DNA from: the human T2T-CHM13v2.0 reference genome, Homo sapiens | NCBI RefSeq assembly: GCF_009914755.1 | Contig: NC_060936.1 | DNA: 64,000 nucleotides | Strand: one strand, 5' to 3' | Part shown: in pieces, positions 39,167-54,255 of the stretch | Layout of the letters: every line of letters begins with the position of its first letter | Position numbering within the stretch: the stretch's first letter is position 1 | The notes under the pieces: generated by a model | What the model was told of the DNA's origin: nothing | What the model saw: only the letters and a program-made list of their open reading frames with translations | The model's database searches: none | Program-made: the position numbers and the translations under genes

Positions 39167-39451
39167 CTAGGGAGGGACCGATGTATAAAAGAATGCCTGG
39201 ACATCAGGCACCTCAGACCGTTTGCCCATTTTACGACAAGAATTATTTAGATCTTGTAGGATGGAGAAATCGAAAGTGCCATTTTCTGGCCATTTAGAGC
39301 CATTGTCAAGTTTGTATTGGGGCCAAGCGGTGTTGCAGAAGAAAATAAGGCATTTAGGTTTTAGGTTAGGTGTGAGTTGAAGAGGTTTTAAGTTTTTGAG
39401 AACACAGGCTAAGGGAGAAGAGGGAGGAATGGAGAGTGGAAGTTTGCCCAT
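39167..39451 (-). pseudogene. gag: HERV-H gag N-terminal fragment
   Basis: MGKLPLSIPPSSPLACVLKNL...LIFFCNTAWPQYKLDNGSKWPENGTFDF, terminating prematurely. Confidence 0.88.
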
Positions 39452-39894
39452 AGTGAAGGAGGCAAGCCCAGAGAAAAGAGCAGAGACACGGAGAGATGGG
39501 GTGGGGGGTGCTTGTCCCCCAGGAAAGTGGAGAAGGGTTAGAGACACAAAGAGAAGGGATCAGGTTTTCTTGCCCCCGAAAAAGCGGTACTTCCCACTAA
39601 GGGTGAAGGACCAAGGCAGGCATCCCCACGTGGTCAGACACCTCTGAAACATGGGTGGATAATCAGGCAGGCATCCCCACGTGATTAAACACTAAGGGAA
39701 AACTGTCTTCCCAAGTCCGTGACCGGAGCCGGAGTTTTGGGTTCATGGAGAAAACGTGTCTCCTTTGTCTCTACCAGAAAAGGAAAGGAATTGAAATTAA
39801 GAGAAGGGAGAGATTGAAGTGTGGCGCCAAGATTGAAAGGAGAAAGAGGTTGAGGGATAGTGAGAGAGGTTGGAGAAGAGAGTAAAGAGAGGCC

Positions 39895-39903
39895 GCTTAC
39901 CCA
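39895..39903 (-). promoter_or_regulatory. HERV-H major splice donor
   Basis: Minus strand aaattgg|gtaagcggcc, ~150 nt downstream of the 5' LTR. Confidence 0.75.
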
Positions 39904-40027
39904 ATTTAAAATTGGTGAGATGTTCCTTGGGCTGGTTGGTCTGAGGACCCAAGGTCGTAGGTGGGTCTTTCTCATGGAGCAAAGAGCAGGAGGACAGGGT
40001 TATTGATCTCCCAAGGGAGGTCCCCTG

Positions 40028-40045
40028 ATCCAAGTCAGGGCACCA
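40028..40045 (-). promoter_or_regulatory. Primer-binding site, tRNA-His type
   Basis: Minus strand tggtgccctgacttggat versus consensus tggtgccgtgactcggat (2 mismatches), 3 nt from the 5' LTR. Confidence 0.9.
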
Positions 40046-40048
40046 AAA

Positions 40049-40461
40049 TTTCACTCTCGTCCATGTGAAGAGACCACCAAACAGGCTTTGTGTGAGCAAC
40101 AAGGCTGTTTATTTCACCTGGGTGCAGGCAGGCTGAGTCCGAAAAGAGAGTCAGTGAAGGGAGATAAGGGTGGGGCTGTTTTATAGGATTTGGGTAGGTA
40201 AAGGAAAATTACAGTCAAAGGGTGTTGTTCTCTGGTGGGCAGGGGTGGGGGTCACAGGGTGCTCAGTGGGGGAGCTTTTGAGCCAGGAGGAGCCAGGAAA
40301 AGAAATTTCACAAGGTAATGTCATCAGTTAAGGCAGGAACAGGCCATTTTCACTCCTTTTGTGGTGGAATGTCATCAGTTAAGTCAGGAACCAGCCATCT
40401 GGATGTGTATACGCAGGTCACAGGGGATATGATGGCTTAGCTTTGGCTCAGAGGCCTGACA
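40049..40461 (-). promoter_or_regulatory. HERV-H 5' LTR (LTR7) with TATA box
   Basis: 413 bp; TATAAAA at 40179-40185 (minus); AATAAA at 40108-40113 (minus); ccaccacaaaaggagtgaaaatgg block. Confidence 0.95.
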
Positions 40462-40592
40462 AAATACACATCCTTTGCAGCAACATAGACATACATGGTG
40501 ACCATTGTTCTAAACAAATTAACACAGGAACAGAAAATCAAGTACAGCATGTTCTCACTTATAAGTGGGAGCTAAACAATGGATACTCATGA

Positions 40593-42383
<1,791 letters not shown>

Positions 42384-42930
42384 CTACTGGAGAGGTAAGG
42401 GAAGGAGGAGGTCAGGGTTGAAAAACTACCTGTTGGGAACTATGCTCAGTAACTGGGTGATGGGATCAATCATACCCCAAACCTCAGCATCATGCAATAT
42501 AGCCTGTTAACTAACCTGCACATGTACCCTCTGAATCTAAAATAGATGTAGAAATAATATAAAAAATAAAAAAAAACAAGAAAGAGTTTATTTCTGGGAT
42601 ATGGGCCTGGAAAGAGAGGAGGGAACCTCTTATTTTTCTTAGCTCTACTGTAATATTTAATTTTTTACTATATGCATAATTTCCTTATAAAAAATACTAA
42701 TAAAATGAGAAATTAAGTAAAAAAAGAAAACATAAAATATGTATCCTGGAGAAGGTGAAAATTCATTAAGCCACTCACTTTTTAGACATCCTTTGTAAAT
42801 CATAAGTCTTCATAGCTAAAGTAAAATCAAAGAGAAATGAAACTATGAGCTACTGAAGCTATGTGTTGCACAAAAAGTTTGGGAAAATAAGAGCGACAGT
42901 GCCACTCAACATCTTGATATTCTTTATGGT

Positions 42931-43290
42931 TGATATGGTTTGGCTGTGTGTCCCCACCCAAATCTCACCTTGAATTGTGATAATCCCTGCATGTCATGGG
43001 AGGGATGTGGTGGGAGGTAATTTAATCATGGGGATGGGTTTTTCCCCTACTGTTCTCATGATAGTGCATAAGTCTCATGAGATTTAATGGTTTTATAAAG
43101 GGGAGTTCCCCCACACATGCCCTCTTGCCTACTGCCATGTAAGATATCCCTTTGCTCTTCCTTCATCCTCCACCGTGATTGTGAGGCCTCCCGAGCCATG
43201 TGGAACTGTGAGTCCATTAAATCTCTTTCCTTTATAAATTACCCAGTCTTGGGTATGTCTTTATTAGCAGCATGAGAACACACCAATACG
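42931..43290 (+). mobile_element. THE1B-like solo LTR
   Basis: tgatatggtttggctgtg...ccaatacg; perfect TSD ATGGT at 42926-42930 and 43291-43295. Confidence 0.93.
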
Positions 43291-43844
43291 ATGGTGTTCA
43301 CAGGTCATAAGACTGAAGCTATGCAAGAAGCCCCATGTAAGAATTCCCAGTGCTCTTGCTGACCTTTTTATAATGTGATCTCTTTCTACTTCTAACTTTG
43401 TAGTTCTTATTTTACTTCGCATTTCTACACACAGAAATTCAATCTTTGTGAAGACCATGAATTTGTAGGTCAGCTTGCAATCAGCTCAATTTATTTCTAA
43501 CCTTAAAGTACAAAACATTTCTCTGGAATTTTATTTAAAACGTAATTTTTATACTAGGTCTTATGACATTCAATTGTCTTATGAACTTTAGAATTGTTGA
43601 TTATGTTGTTCTACCTCCCTAAACTTTTCTTTCTGGTTTTGCGTTTAAATGGAAAGAACCTACCCTCTGAAACTCGGCGGGGCAGTAAATTTATTGAGTG
43701 TTTTGACAGGCATAAGGAATTTATTTAATTACAGTAATTTTATTGAAATTATTAGGAAATGGAAAATGAATAGGAATAGGGAAAATTGGCAAGATTTTAT
43801 TATTTCTAGTTAGTCAAAAGATATTTTAAATTAAATAAATAACA

Positions 43845-44073
43845 AAACTGATGCACCCCTAAATGCAATATGGCAACCCGGGTTGGATATTGGCATAGAA
43901 AAAAAAGATTAGGATGGGGGAAAAAGTAGATGAAATCCAAATAAGTCAGAATTTTACTTAATAATAATGTGCCAGTGTCAACTTCTTAGTTTTGAAAAAT
44001 GTACCATATTTATATAAAATATTAACATTAGAGAAACTGGGTGAAAAGTGTTTAGAAACTGCACTATCTTTGC
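43845..44073 (+). mobile_element. L1MC4-like 3' fragment
   Basis: ctaaatgcaatatgg...gatgaaatccaaataa...ttcttagttttgaaaaatgtacca...aacattagagaaactgggtgaa. Confidence 0.7.
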
Positions 44074-44686
44074 CAATACCTGGAGTCAGGGAAATGGGGG
44101 AAGGAACTAAGTATTAGTGTAACTTTGTAAAGAAAATATTTAATACAAGGGCAAAATAATTAGCCTGTCAGATCCAACAGAAGCAAGAAACACAAAGCTT
44201 TTCGATTTGGCCCAACATTTACATCTGCCCCACTTAATGTGTACAATAAAAGAAAAACAAAATCACTTATGTAGAAACATTTATTTTCCTATAGACAATA
44301 AGTGTCATGAACCTTCAGATCTTGCTGTATCATTGGTATTGCTGCTATATCATTGGTATTGGAAACATAGTAGGCATTCAGTTATTTGATAATAAAAATT
44401 AATTTCTCATTGCTATTGTCTTTATGATCATGGTGTATTAAGCTTCTAACATATCCCAATGACTCAGTCAATTGACTAAATGGAATTGGTTCTGATTTGT
44501 ATGGTCAAACCACAGAGACAGAGTTAGTTATTACGTATTATAATTATTAGTGAATTTCCATCTAGATAGGGTGGTATTATCAGGGTTTTTAATGATAACA
44601 AAAAGTCAATCTGCAGGAAAATATCTCTAAAGTTTTTCAGTTGCTACTTTCTCTATGAAAAATCAATAGCAAAAACAGTCTATGTC

Positions 44687-44985
44687 AGCCGGCGTAGTGG
44701 CTTATGCCTGTAATCCCAGCACTTTGGGAGGCCAAGGCAGTCAGAACACGAGGCCAGGAGTTTGAGACCAGCTTGGCCAACATGGCGAAACCCTGTCTCT
44801 ACTAAAAATACAAATATTAGCTGGGTGTGGTGGTGCACTCCTGTAATCCCAGCCTACTCGGGAAGCAGGAGAGTCGCTTGAACCTAGGAGGCAGAGGCTA
44901 CAGTGAGCCGGGATCACACCACTGCACTCCAGCCTGGGCTACAGAGCAAAAGCAAGACTCCATTTAAAAAAAAAAAAAAAAAAAA
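44687..44985 (+). mobile_element. AluS (Sg-like)
   Basis: Full dimer; cacgagg (2-bp deletion type) together with gagaccagcttggccaacatgg; A20 tail. Confidence 0.93.
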
Positions 44986-46323
44986 ATTTCCTATGGTAAT
45001 AAAGAAATATTAATAGTTTTTAAATATGAAAGGATTTAGCTTTGTACTATGCTGGTAATTTAGTGCCTTAGACTGAATATTTAACACATCTCTGAAAAGT
45101 AACTATACATGTTATTACCAAAAATAATATAACTATGATTTGATTACCTTTGTTAAGAAAGCTGACTTTAGATTCTGGAAAATCATTTCTTCATTAGGGT
45201 TAGACATTCATACACTTAAAATGACAACATTTAATTTAATATATCCCTTTGGAAAAATAATGGAAAATATCTGGCTTTGCAACCGTTAAAGCAGTTTAAT
45301 TATTCAGAAAATTTTTAACAGTACAATATATTTCAATGATATAGAGATTATTAAATGTTTTAATGGAATTCATTTGGAAGAAAGACTTTCATCTTACAAT
45401 TAATTTTCCAGTTACCAAAATGTTAAATTAATAAAATGTTCAGATCTTTTTCATGTAATTAATTATGTAATTGAAATTCACAAAGCCCAATATCTAGTGC
45501 TTTTGTTTTTGCATGGTTTACTTATTGATTGAACCAAGAATATATGGTTATATATGAGAAATTGAAAGGATACACTGTTCAGTGGAGAGTGAGGATATAT
45601 CTATGGTTCTTCATTTCTGGTATACTATATTTGTGTCCACTCTTTATCTTATTGCTGTCTTTATAAGCGATACTCCAAACTACTTGAAAGAAAGTGTTGC
45701 TACTACTAGGTACTTCCAACATTTGGAAAAAAAATAATAATTGGCACATAAAGGTTTTTGAGAAATATTTTATAAATGTCCTTTTTATTTCATTCCTCTA
45801 AGTTAGAACAAAATTCTACATCTGGTAAAATGCCTTTAGACAATATTTTCTTGTTTGTTTTTGTTTTTACCAAACAACTAATTTTGATCGTTCAGACCTT
45901 TATCCACTAAAAATAGTACTTAAATACAATCACTCCTAGTCTTCCCTAAATATACTAAAACAATAAATCTCTACCCTTAATCATTGGATGGCATAATTAT
46001 ATTTTTATGATCCAAAAGTTAAAGAACACAGCAGGATACCTTATATTTTTAGAAATCTACAAGCATATAATGTGAGACCTTAAGACATGTACCAATTTCA
46101 CTGGAGAAAAATAAGTGACTACGGATTGTCTAGGGAGTTTAAATTACTTCAGCATTGATAAAATGCAATAAGAACAATTCAAATGCAGCATTCTTCTTTA
46201 ATCCTGAAAAGGAAAGCTCTTTCAAATAAGAAGATAAAGGTAAGGTATAAATACTGAATGGCAAACGGCTTCCAAAGCATCTTAAGGAAAAAGTAATGAA
46301 GAAAAATTTAGATATAAGAGTCT

Positions 46324-46787
46324 CGTATTAATTTCCTAAGGTTGCCATAACAAATTAACACAGATTGCATGATTTGAAAAACAGAAATTTATTTTCACAG
46401 TTCTAGAAGCTAGAAATCTGAAATCAATAAACATGTCATCAGTTCACACTCCCTCTGAAGACCGTAGGGGAGAATCCTTCTTCTCCTCCTCCTAGTTTCT
46501 GGTGGTTGCCATCAATCTGTGGCTACATCCCTCCAGTCCCTGCCTCCATTAATCTCATGGCTTTCTTTCCTATAAGTGTATCTGTCTCTGTTTCTCTGTT
46601 TCCATGTCTTTTCTTACAAGGACACCAGTGATTGGATTTAGGGCCCACTCAAATCCAGTATGACTTCATCTTAACTTACATCTTAATTATATCTGCAAAG
46701 ACCCCATTTCCAAATGAAATCACAGTCACAGTCACAGGGTTAGAATTTGAACACATCTTTTGGGGGAATACAATTCAAACCATTTTA
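46324..46787 (-). mobile_element. MLT1C-like solo LTR
   Basis: gtattaatttcctaaggttgccataacaaatt...taggggagaatccttc...aaggacaccagtgattggatttagggccca...atctgcaaagaccccatttccaaat. Confidence 0.82.
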
Positions 46788-47139
46788 GGCTCTGAAGGAA
46801 AGTAACATCTCAAAGCTTTTTCTTAAGAAAGATGTGCCATGCCAAATAGAAATAAACTTAGGTATGAGACCCATTCTGTGAGTATTATTCTTCTTCGGCC
46901 ATTTAACTCAATGTGATCATCAAGAAAAGAACTGAAAATATTTGTTGGGCCACAGATCTCTCCAGGGAAAAACTGTAAGGCTATGGTAGATATGATGCAT
47001 CCTGGAGTGGTAGCATTCAAAGTGTGTGCCTCAATTTCAAATCCTTTACAGGAGCTAACAGATAATCTAAAGGAATAAATCAAGTCAATGATAGAGCAAT
47101 AATGGGAGTGTTGGAGACTGGATAAAATTGGAATGTCCT

Positions 47140-47660
<521 letters not shown>

Positions 47661-47819
47661 AAGTATATCTTCCTCACATTATGAGAAATAGTTTCTCATA
47701 CTAACAATTCTGATCTTAAATGGGAAAAATTAAGAAGACTTTAACCCAAATGATGGCATAAGCTATATACTTTCCACATAGGCATAAGTGTGCACTAATG
47801 ACTTGCTTTTAATTTCACT

Positions 47820-48031
47820 GTGAAATGGAAGTAATCAGAAGAGAATTCCTCTAGTGCTTACCACAAAACTGCCATCTGTCCCTGTTTTCCTATTTCTTCT
47901 GCCTTCCCTCCTGTTACAATGGATGAATGATTTATGCTGCTCTCTAAGGCCATCCCCTCCACTTGTGTCATGTATCATATCCCCTTTTTACCACTCAAAG
48001 CCATTGCCTTTGCAATGCAATGATACTTTTC

Positions 48032-48062
<31 letters not shown>

Positions 48063-48300
48063 CAGCCAAATTCCTTAGAAGAGCTGTTCTTCCCTCTGTA
48101 AAGATTTTATTCCCAAAATTTACTGAAAATGCTAATATGCAAGGTCAACAATGACTTCTACTTTTCCAAGTTTTATCAATTCTATGGCTTCATTTTATTC
48201 AATCTATCAATACTTATCATCCCTTTTTAAACTCATTTTAACTCGACTTCGATATCACCTTGGTTATCCTCCCATTTCTTAATCTATTTTGACAGTTTCT
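47820..48300 (+). mobile_element. L2 ORF remnant with embedded (CT)n at 48030-48063
   Basis: ttccctcctgttacaatggatgaa...tctctaaggcca; actgaaaatgctaatatgcaaggtcaacaatgacttc (TE.A..KV.ND. L2 RT motif). Confidence 0.6.
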
Positions 48301-48308
48301 CCATTTCA

Positions 48309-48871
48309 TGTCACAGAATGTTCAGGGACATGAAAATAAATGTTCAGTCACATCTTTGACTTGCCTGGGGCCCAGGAGTCCTGTGGGTAAGAAACTTGAA
48401 CACAGCTCATAAATAAAATGTAGGTACATAGAGACCTATTTAATGAACCAGAAACCCTAACGGAAGCTGATTTAGATAAAGAGGGGAAAAGAGAACTCAG
48501 AAAATTACATATATAATTTAATTTCCCCTCTTACCCTGCATCTGAGCAAGACAATAAGAAGGCCCAGGAACTCTGTCTCCTGGTGCCAGTGGGGAAGTTC
48601 AAAACATATTGGGCTGGGCCTTGTGCAGAAATGCTCACAGCAGCCCCACTCTCTAACCACAATAAAAAACAAAGCCATTAGCTATCCCTTTGCTCGAGCC
48701 ATTCCAAACTGGTTTGAGTGTCCACCCTGCTCTCCCCAGGAAGTCTCATTATGTGAGAAATAAACCTTTTCATACTGTCTTGGTACATGTGTGGCATCCT
48801 CAGTCTCTAGTTCAAAAGAAATTGTGAATGGGAAAGATTGACCCCCGCCCTCCACAGGTAACCACAAAACA
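48309..48871 (+). mobile_element. MER74-like ERVL solo LTR
   Basis: ctaaccacaataaaaaac...ccctgctctccccaggaagtctcattatgtgagaaataaaccttttcatac...tgtgtggcatcctcagtctc; TG...CA ends. Confidence 0.7.
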
Positions 48872-50959
48872 GCAGTGATTTTGATAGAGCTACCAAAAAG
48901 TCCCATAAAATATAATATCTAAAAATAACAGATAAAAGACAGAAACTGAGAGAAAATAAAACAATATTTGGCAGAAAGTGAAATATAACGGTCAGTTCCT
49001 AAATTCCCCATCTCTTTCCATTTCTGAAGGATATCTTCTGAAGTTATACCTCCCTTATTAGTGTTAAGTTATAAATAAATAAACTCTTGGGAAGTTTGTC
49101 AATGAGCCCTTATAAAGCCGAAAGCATCTTTAGGAATTCACAGGATATTTTCACTCAAATGCTGTCGGTGTTCCTAATACACTTAGAAAGAAACAGTATG
49201 TAATGAAATAAACACTTTGAAATGACATTTTATTACCTCAAGAAGCATCTCCCTTTAATCTCTAGCACGTAATCATTCATCAGGTGCTATTCAACATGAA
49301 GCACTCTGATTTCTGAGAGTGTTCACGACTCTTTGCATATGAGCACAGTCTATACTTCCCAGTTGACAATTGTTGCAGAAATCTTGCTGTCTCTAGGGCA
49401 GATAGAGTGAGCATGGCAAAACGATTAAGGGCTCCTTGCCTAAGGGAAGAGAGAATTCCATTGACAAATCCTTAGAGATCATTGATTTTAAGTGAAAAAC
49501 CAAAAAGAAAAAGAAAAAAAAAAAAAAGAACGGGACAGAAAATTAAAGCCTGAAAACAGATGTGGAACATTGTTTGCATGTAAAAAAATACATGTTTTCA
49601 CTCAGAGGATCAACCTCTCAAGGCTAAAATGTTACCGGCTTTTGGTAGATTCTTAGTTTCTTACAGAATGAAACCCAGCATTCTGCTTGCCGTGAGCTAC
49701 ATTCTGAATTTTATTGACTATTTTAAAGTTCTAACATGATTTTGATCTTTACTTAGATGTTTAAAAAGATGTCTGAGCAAATAGCAGGGTAAAATTCACT
49801 CTTTAACCTCTGAACTGAATTCAGATTTGGTAAGACATCAATTCAAGGGTAAAACAACTTTAAAAGTCCATTAACAATGGTTGCTAGTTAAAAGCATCTT
49901 TAGGGCTATGACAGGATGTATACTGTGTCTGGCAGAGAGAAAGGAAGTAAAATAAATAATTTATCTTCCCCAAAATTTTCATTCTGTATCACTGAGGAAT
50001 TTTAAGAACTAGAAGACTTTTTGGAGATGGTATTTCACTCATACTTAAGCACTACAGTATTTACAACCCCTTACTTTTAGCCACGATGTGAGCTCCCAAG
50101 TACATTATATTTAATTAGAGTAATTTATACTATTATCAAAAGTCTTTCACACACGGTGCCCTTATTGGATACCAAATTACTCTACATACTTGATACTCTC
50201 CTAGAACAGCAATGTGGGAAAGTACTTCGCTTAGTGTTTTGAAAATACACAGATTGTTAATAATAATAGATAATAGACAGATCCTAGCAAGTGAAGAGTA
50301 AGATGGTGAACTGGTTAAGCTGCACTCCATTAACAACCCTTGAAAGACCGATACATTTTATGGTATTTTAATAAATGTGGCTATTGGAACAGCCTCTAGA
50401 AAGCTTCCCTTGGATTTTTTTTTCTTAGTTGAAGAGGAATGTATAAAAGCTTCTGAGGATTCAGCAAAAAGCTATTTCAGCTGTCTCTTTTCCTGGCTCA
50501 GTACATCACTCCCCATAATTGTGTCAGCAAAACCAAATTGTAGTTGTGGGAATTAAGGAAGAGGAGTATAGGTTTTCACAAAAGACTAAGAGACTAAGAC
50601 TGAGACTTTTCTGTTTCTGGACAACGTTTGATGGGAGCAGAGGTTTGCCTGCCATCTCCATCAACTAGGCATGGCAAAGAAGAAAAGAGGGAAACAGGAA
50701 ACTATTATAGAAAAGATCTATTGTTCCAGGGTAAAAGTCTTCTCAATTATACAGAAGTATTTCTGGTTTTGTTTCATTTTTCCCACTTCAGCTACAGAGA
50801 CAAAATTAAAAAGCTTTTCTAGGATTCCAAGAAGGAAGAATAGCAAACTAAATAGAACAAGAGAAAACACAGGCTGTGGTACTGGGTCCTACAAAAAAAA
50901 AAAAAAAAAGTCAGTATAAGGCTATTACTGGCCATAAAGCTTTAACTGATGATTTAGAC

Positions 50960-51440
50960 GTCTGTTGGTGGCCTCTCCAGAAATCTTCCTATTCTACCAT
51001 TTCCCGAATTATTCTAGGAAGTGAAGTAGAAGCAGGAAAATGGACTTCAATCCTCACATAAGCTCATTGCCTCCTGCTGAGCTAGGATTTAGTTCACCAT
51101 CAGGCATGTGACCAAACCCAGTGCCTAAACTATGATTCTCCTTGGCCTTGTTTCAAGAATTCTAGACCCAAACTTGCCCCTTTGTCCACTGGACATAAAA
51201 GAAGGATGTCCATAGTTCTGGTAGCTATTCAAAATCATTTCAAGACTGTGGGAGAACCATTACTGGGGATATGTTGACCGTGCAGAGGGCTGGACAGAGA
51301 GACAGGGAGAGAAACTGATCCTTGGTAACACCTAAAACCTGCTCTACTTTTCAGTTGGACTTTTCAGTTATATGAATCAACAAATTTCCTCTTTTAAGTG
51401 TGTTTCAGGTAGGTTTTCTGCTATGGGCACAGAAATATAG
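50960..51440 (+). mobile_element. Old MLT1 (J/K-like) LTR remnant
   Basis: ggcatgtgacc...gagagaaactgatccttggtaaca...ggacttttcagttatatgaatcaacaaatttcctctttt. Confidence 0.55.
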
Positions 51441-51489
51441 TAAGAAACTGGCAACACAATAACTCCATTAAATTTTTCAAAAAATATCT

Positions 51490-52400
51490 CTTTACACAGC
51501 ATTTACTTATTACATGTGCTAAAAATCTGTGCTAAGTCCAGAGGATGCCCGACATGATAAACAAGACAAACGTGGTCTTTGCCCTTCCAGAATTCAGAGC
51601 CCAGTGAAGTATCTACAGATATGGCAAGGTAAAATGTTAAGTGCCAAGATGTGGAAAGCTTAGAGTACCATGGAACAATGAGAAGGTACAGCAATGTGGA
51701 CATTTATAATTATAAAGGCTCTTACTTTATTTCCCCTTCCTAAAGCTTCTGGATTTTTTTAGAGAATTATTTTTCCACTGAGTATTGGTAGAATTGTAAA
51801 TTCAGATGCCTGACTCATACTACATAAATGGAAAAGTTCAAGTTCTTTTTTTCCACAGCCCAATTAATTCATGGCATGGGTGTATTAGCTTAGCTCAGCT
51901 CATCAGCTGCTTTCTCCCAGAGCATACATCTTGAGTGAGTATCACAAATATAGAAGAAGCAGTTGGAATTCATTATTCATCCCCATGAAGCAGCCAAAAC
52001 AAATGGTTCCTGCTACAAGATAGTTGCTGAGCTTCCTGCTTTCTTAGCCTCCAACACTTCTTTCCTATTGGTAAATTCTGAGAACCTTAATAGTCATCCC
52101 ATAAACTCTGTAGTGCTTAAATTACTTAAATGTAGGTGTTCTTGTTTGTGACCAAGGAATGCTAACTGGTACTTTGGATGTTAAGGAAGGCTCTCTGATG
52201 AAAGTGACAACTTGGTTGATACCTTTTTGTTGAATATTAGATATTTATCAAATATTTATCTGTCTTTGAGGATGTGGCTGATTAAAGGGCAGATATGCCT
52301 AAGATTGGTTTGAAGTGATCCAGGTAGAAGAGTGTGTGCTTGTAACTTTGTGAATTTAAGCAAACAGAAAGGGGCAAAGGGAAATAAGACCCTATACAGC
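51490..52400 (-). mobile_element. L2 fragments, interrupted by an old LTR-like segment at ~51760-52170
   Basis: ctgtgctaag...aacaagacaaacgtggtctttgcccttccagaattcagag; ttaaggaaggctctctgatgaaagtgaca. Confidence 0.5.
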
Positions 52401-53849
52401 GTAAAGAAATGCAATATATACAGAGTTCAAGAAAAGGAAAGGCATCAGGAATAGTGAAGTTGTTATGGAATAATTTGGAACTATGAGAAACTGTGAGAAA
52501 ATGCAAAAAGAATTCAGAGATCTGTGGGACTCAGTTAAAGAGTAACAGAATATTCCACAAGTAACAGACAAAAACAAATGGTGTAGAATAAAAAGGGAAA
52601 GGTGAAACTAAGTCACTGGCTCTAGCCATCAATAATCAGAAGAGTTTTTTAATCCCTTTGTGAAGGAGGACTCATGATGAATCAAGAGCATTTTTATTAT
52701 TCAAATGGCAGAAAGAGTATGTGTACAAGGACATATTTAGCTACAATGTGTAACATATGGACATAGATTGGTTTTTAAATAAATATGCACATAGCCCATA
52801 GTTTGTTTGGGACTCTTCTCAACAAATGTATTCCTTATGTTCCAGAGCTCCAAGTTTAAAAACCACAGTGTATCAGGATTGCATATACCTAAGATTTGGA
52901 TCCAAAAGGCCAGCTAGTCGCGGTTTGGTGCCAAGATTAGGATAATTATGTTTGATTGACTCTACCAGGTCTCCTGTTATGGTGACATTTGTAATGAACC
53001 TGGCAGATGTTACTATATAGTAGCACCATCCCTTGTCTCTCACTACTTCCAGTGAATTCTCTTCAATCAGGTCAAAGCTGCCTGACTTTTAAATAATAAT
53101 AAAAACAATCACAATTGTTCATCCGAGCAGTTAAAATTTCTCTGGCACTGAATTCTAGGAACAATTTGTGTCGAGAATTCTTAACATAAGAGCCACAGAA
53201 TGTGTCCCCAACAATAATTTTGTGATTAAGGATTAATACTAGAGGGAATGAAACGTTTTACCTACGGACATTTTTATGTCATATATGACTAAGATGTTTT
53301 TGTTGGTATTTCTAAATGTAAACTTCTTTTATATGTCCTAGTTTCTCTCATTTAAATCTTTAACCACTTACTAAGGATGTAATTTGTGCAAGGCATTATG
53401 CCAGGTGCTAAATGAGAGTAGCATCCCACTGTGGATCATCAACTTGGTGAAAGTTAACTGTATCTAAATAATTTTGGAAGGCTTTGGAAATACAGATTCC
53501 CAGGTCTTCATGAAAGCATTCTGATTCAGAAGTTCTAGTGTAAATAGGGAGCATCGGCATTTTTAAAAATTTCCCAAAGCGATTTTCATGCAGAGGTAGG
53601 TTTTTTTTTTCCTTTTTTTTTTTTTCTGAGAGTGAGTTTTAAGAATAGTGCTGTAAGCCAGAGATATAGATGGCATTGTTCTCTCCTTTAAGAAGCTTAC
53701 AATCTATTTATCAAAGTGTACTACATAGTTTCATATTCAGGTTATGGAAATACTTTAGTAAGTGCTTTAAGAAAATTACAACTGAATCTCTGAGCTTGTA
53801 ATCCTTCATGTCATAGGTTTTTGTTGATTTCCTAAGACAGTCCCCTATG

Positions 53850-54255
53850 ACAGTGATTTTTAATCTGGAGTCCAGAGAATCCCAAGATGCCTGTGGATAG
53901 AAATCAGTAGATTCATGGACTAAGATAGAGAAAATAATTACATCCTTATTTTTATTAATTTCTAACTGATATTTGTAATTTTTTGAAATTATTAATGGAG
54001 GCAAAAATCCACAGTATCGTTAGCAATGTCTGAAATAGAGATCTCAAACTATTGTTTACTCTTATCACTACTTCAAAGTTAAGAGTATTTATTTTTATAT
54101 AACGTGTCACTAAAAACCACAAAGTTACTATACATAATATTTTGGTGTTTCAGTAACTACATGCTGAGAAGGCATTTTTACTTTGTAATTATTTGAGTTG
54201 TCCATAGGCTTTACCAGACTTCCAGAGAGTTGCTGAAAATGGTTGATAATCTCTG
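53850..54255. mobile_element. Charlie4a-like hAT DNA transposon
   Basis: cagtgatttttaatctggagtcca...aattacatccttattttt...ccacagtatcgttagca...gtccataggctttaccagact...ggttgataatctctg, with degenerate terminal inverted repeats. Confidence 0.7.

Larger units (their letters stand above)
34846..40461 (-). mobile_element. HERV-H provirus, internally deleted ~5.6-kb form with two LTR7
   Basis: Two LTRs, His-tRNA PBS, polypurine tract (aatataagaagacaggaa on the minus strand next to the 3' LTR), and gag and pol remnants in retroviral order on the minus strand. Confidence 0.97.
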
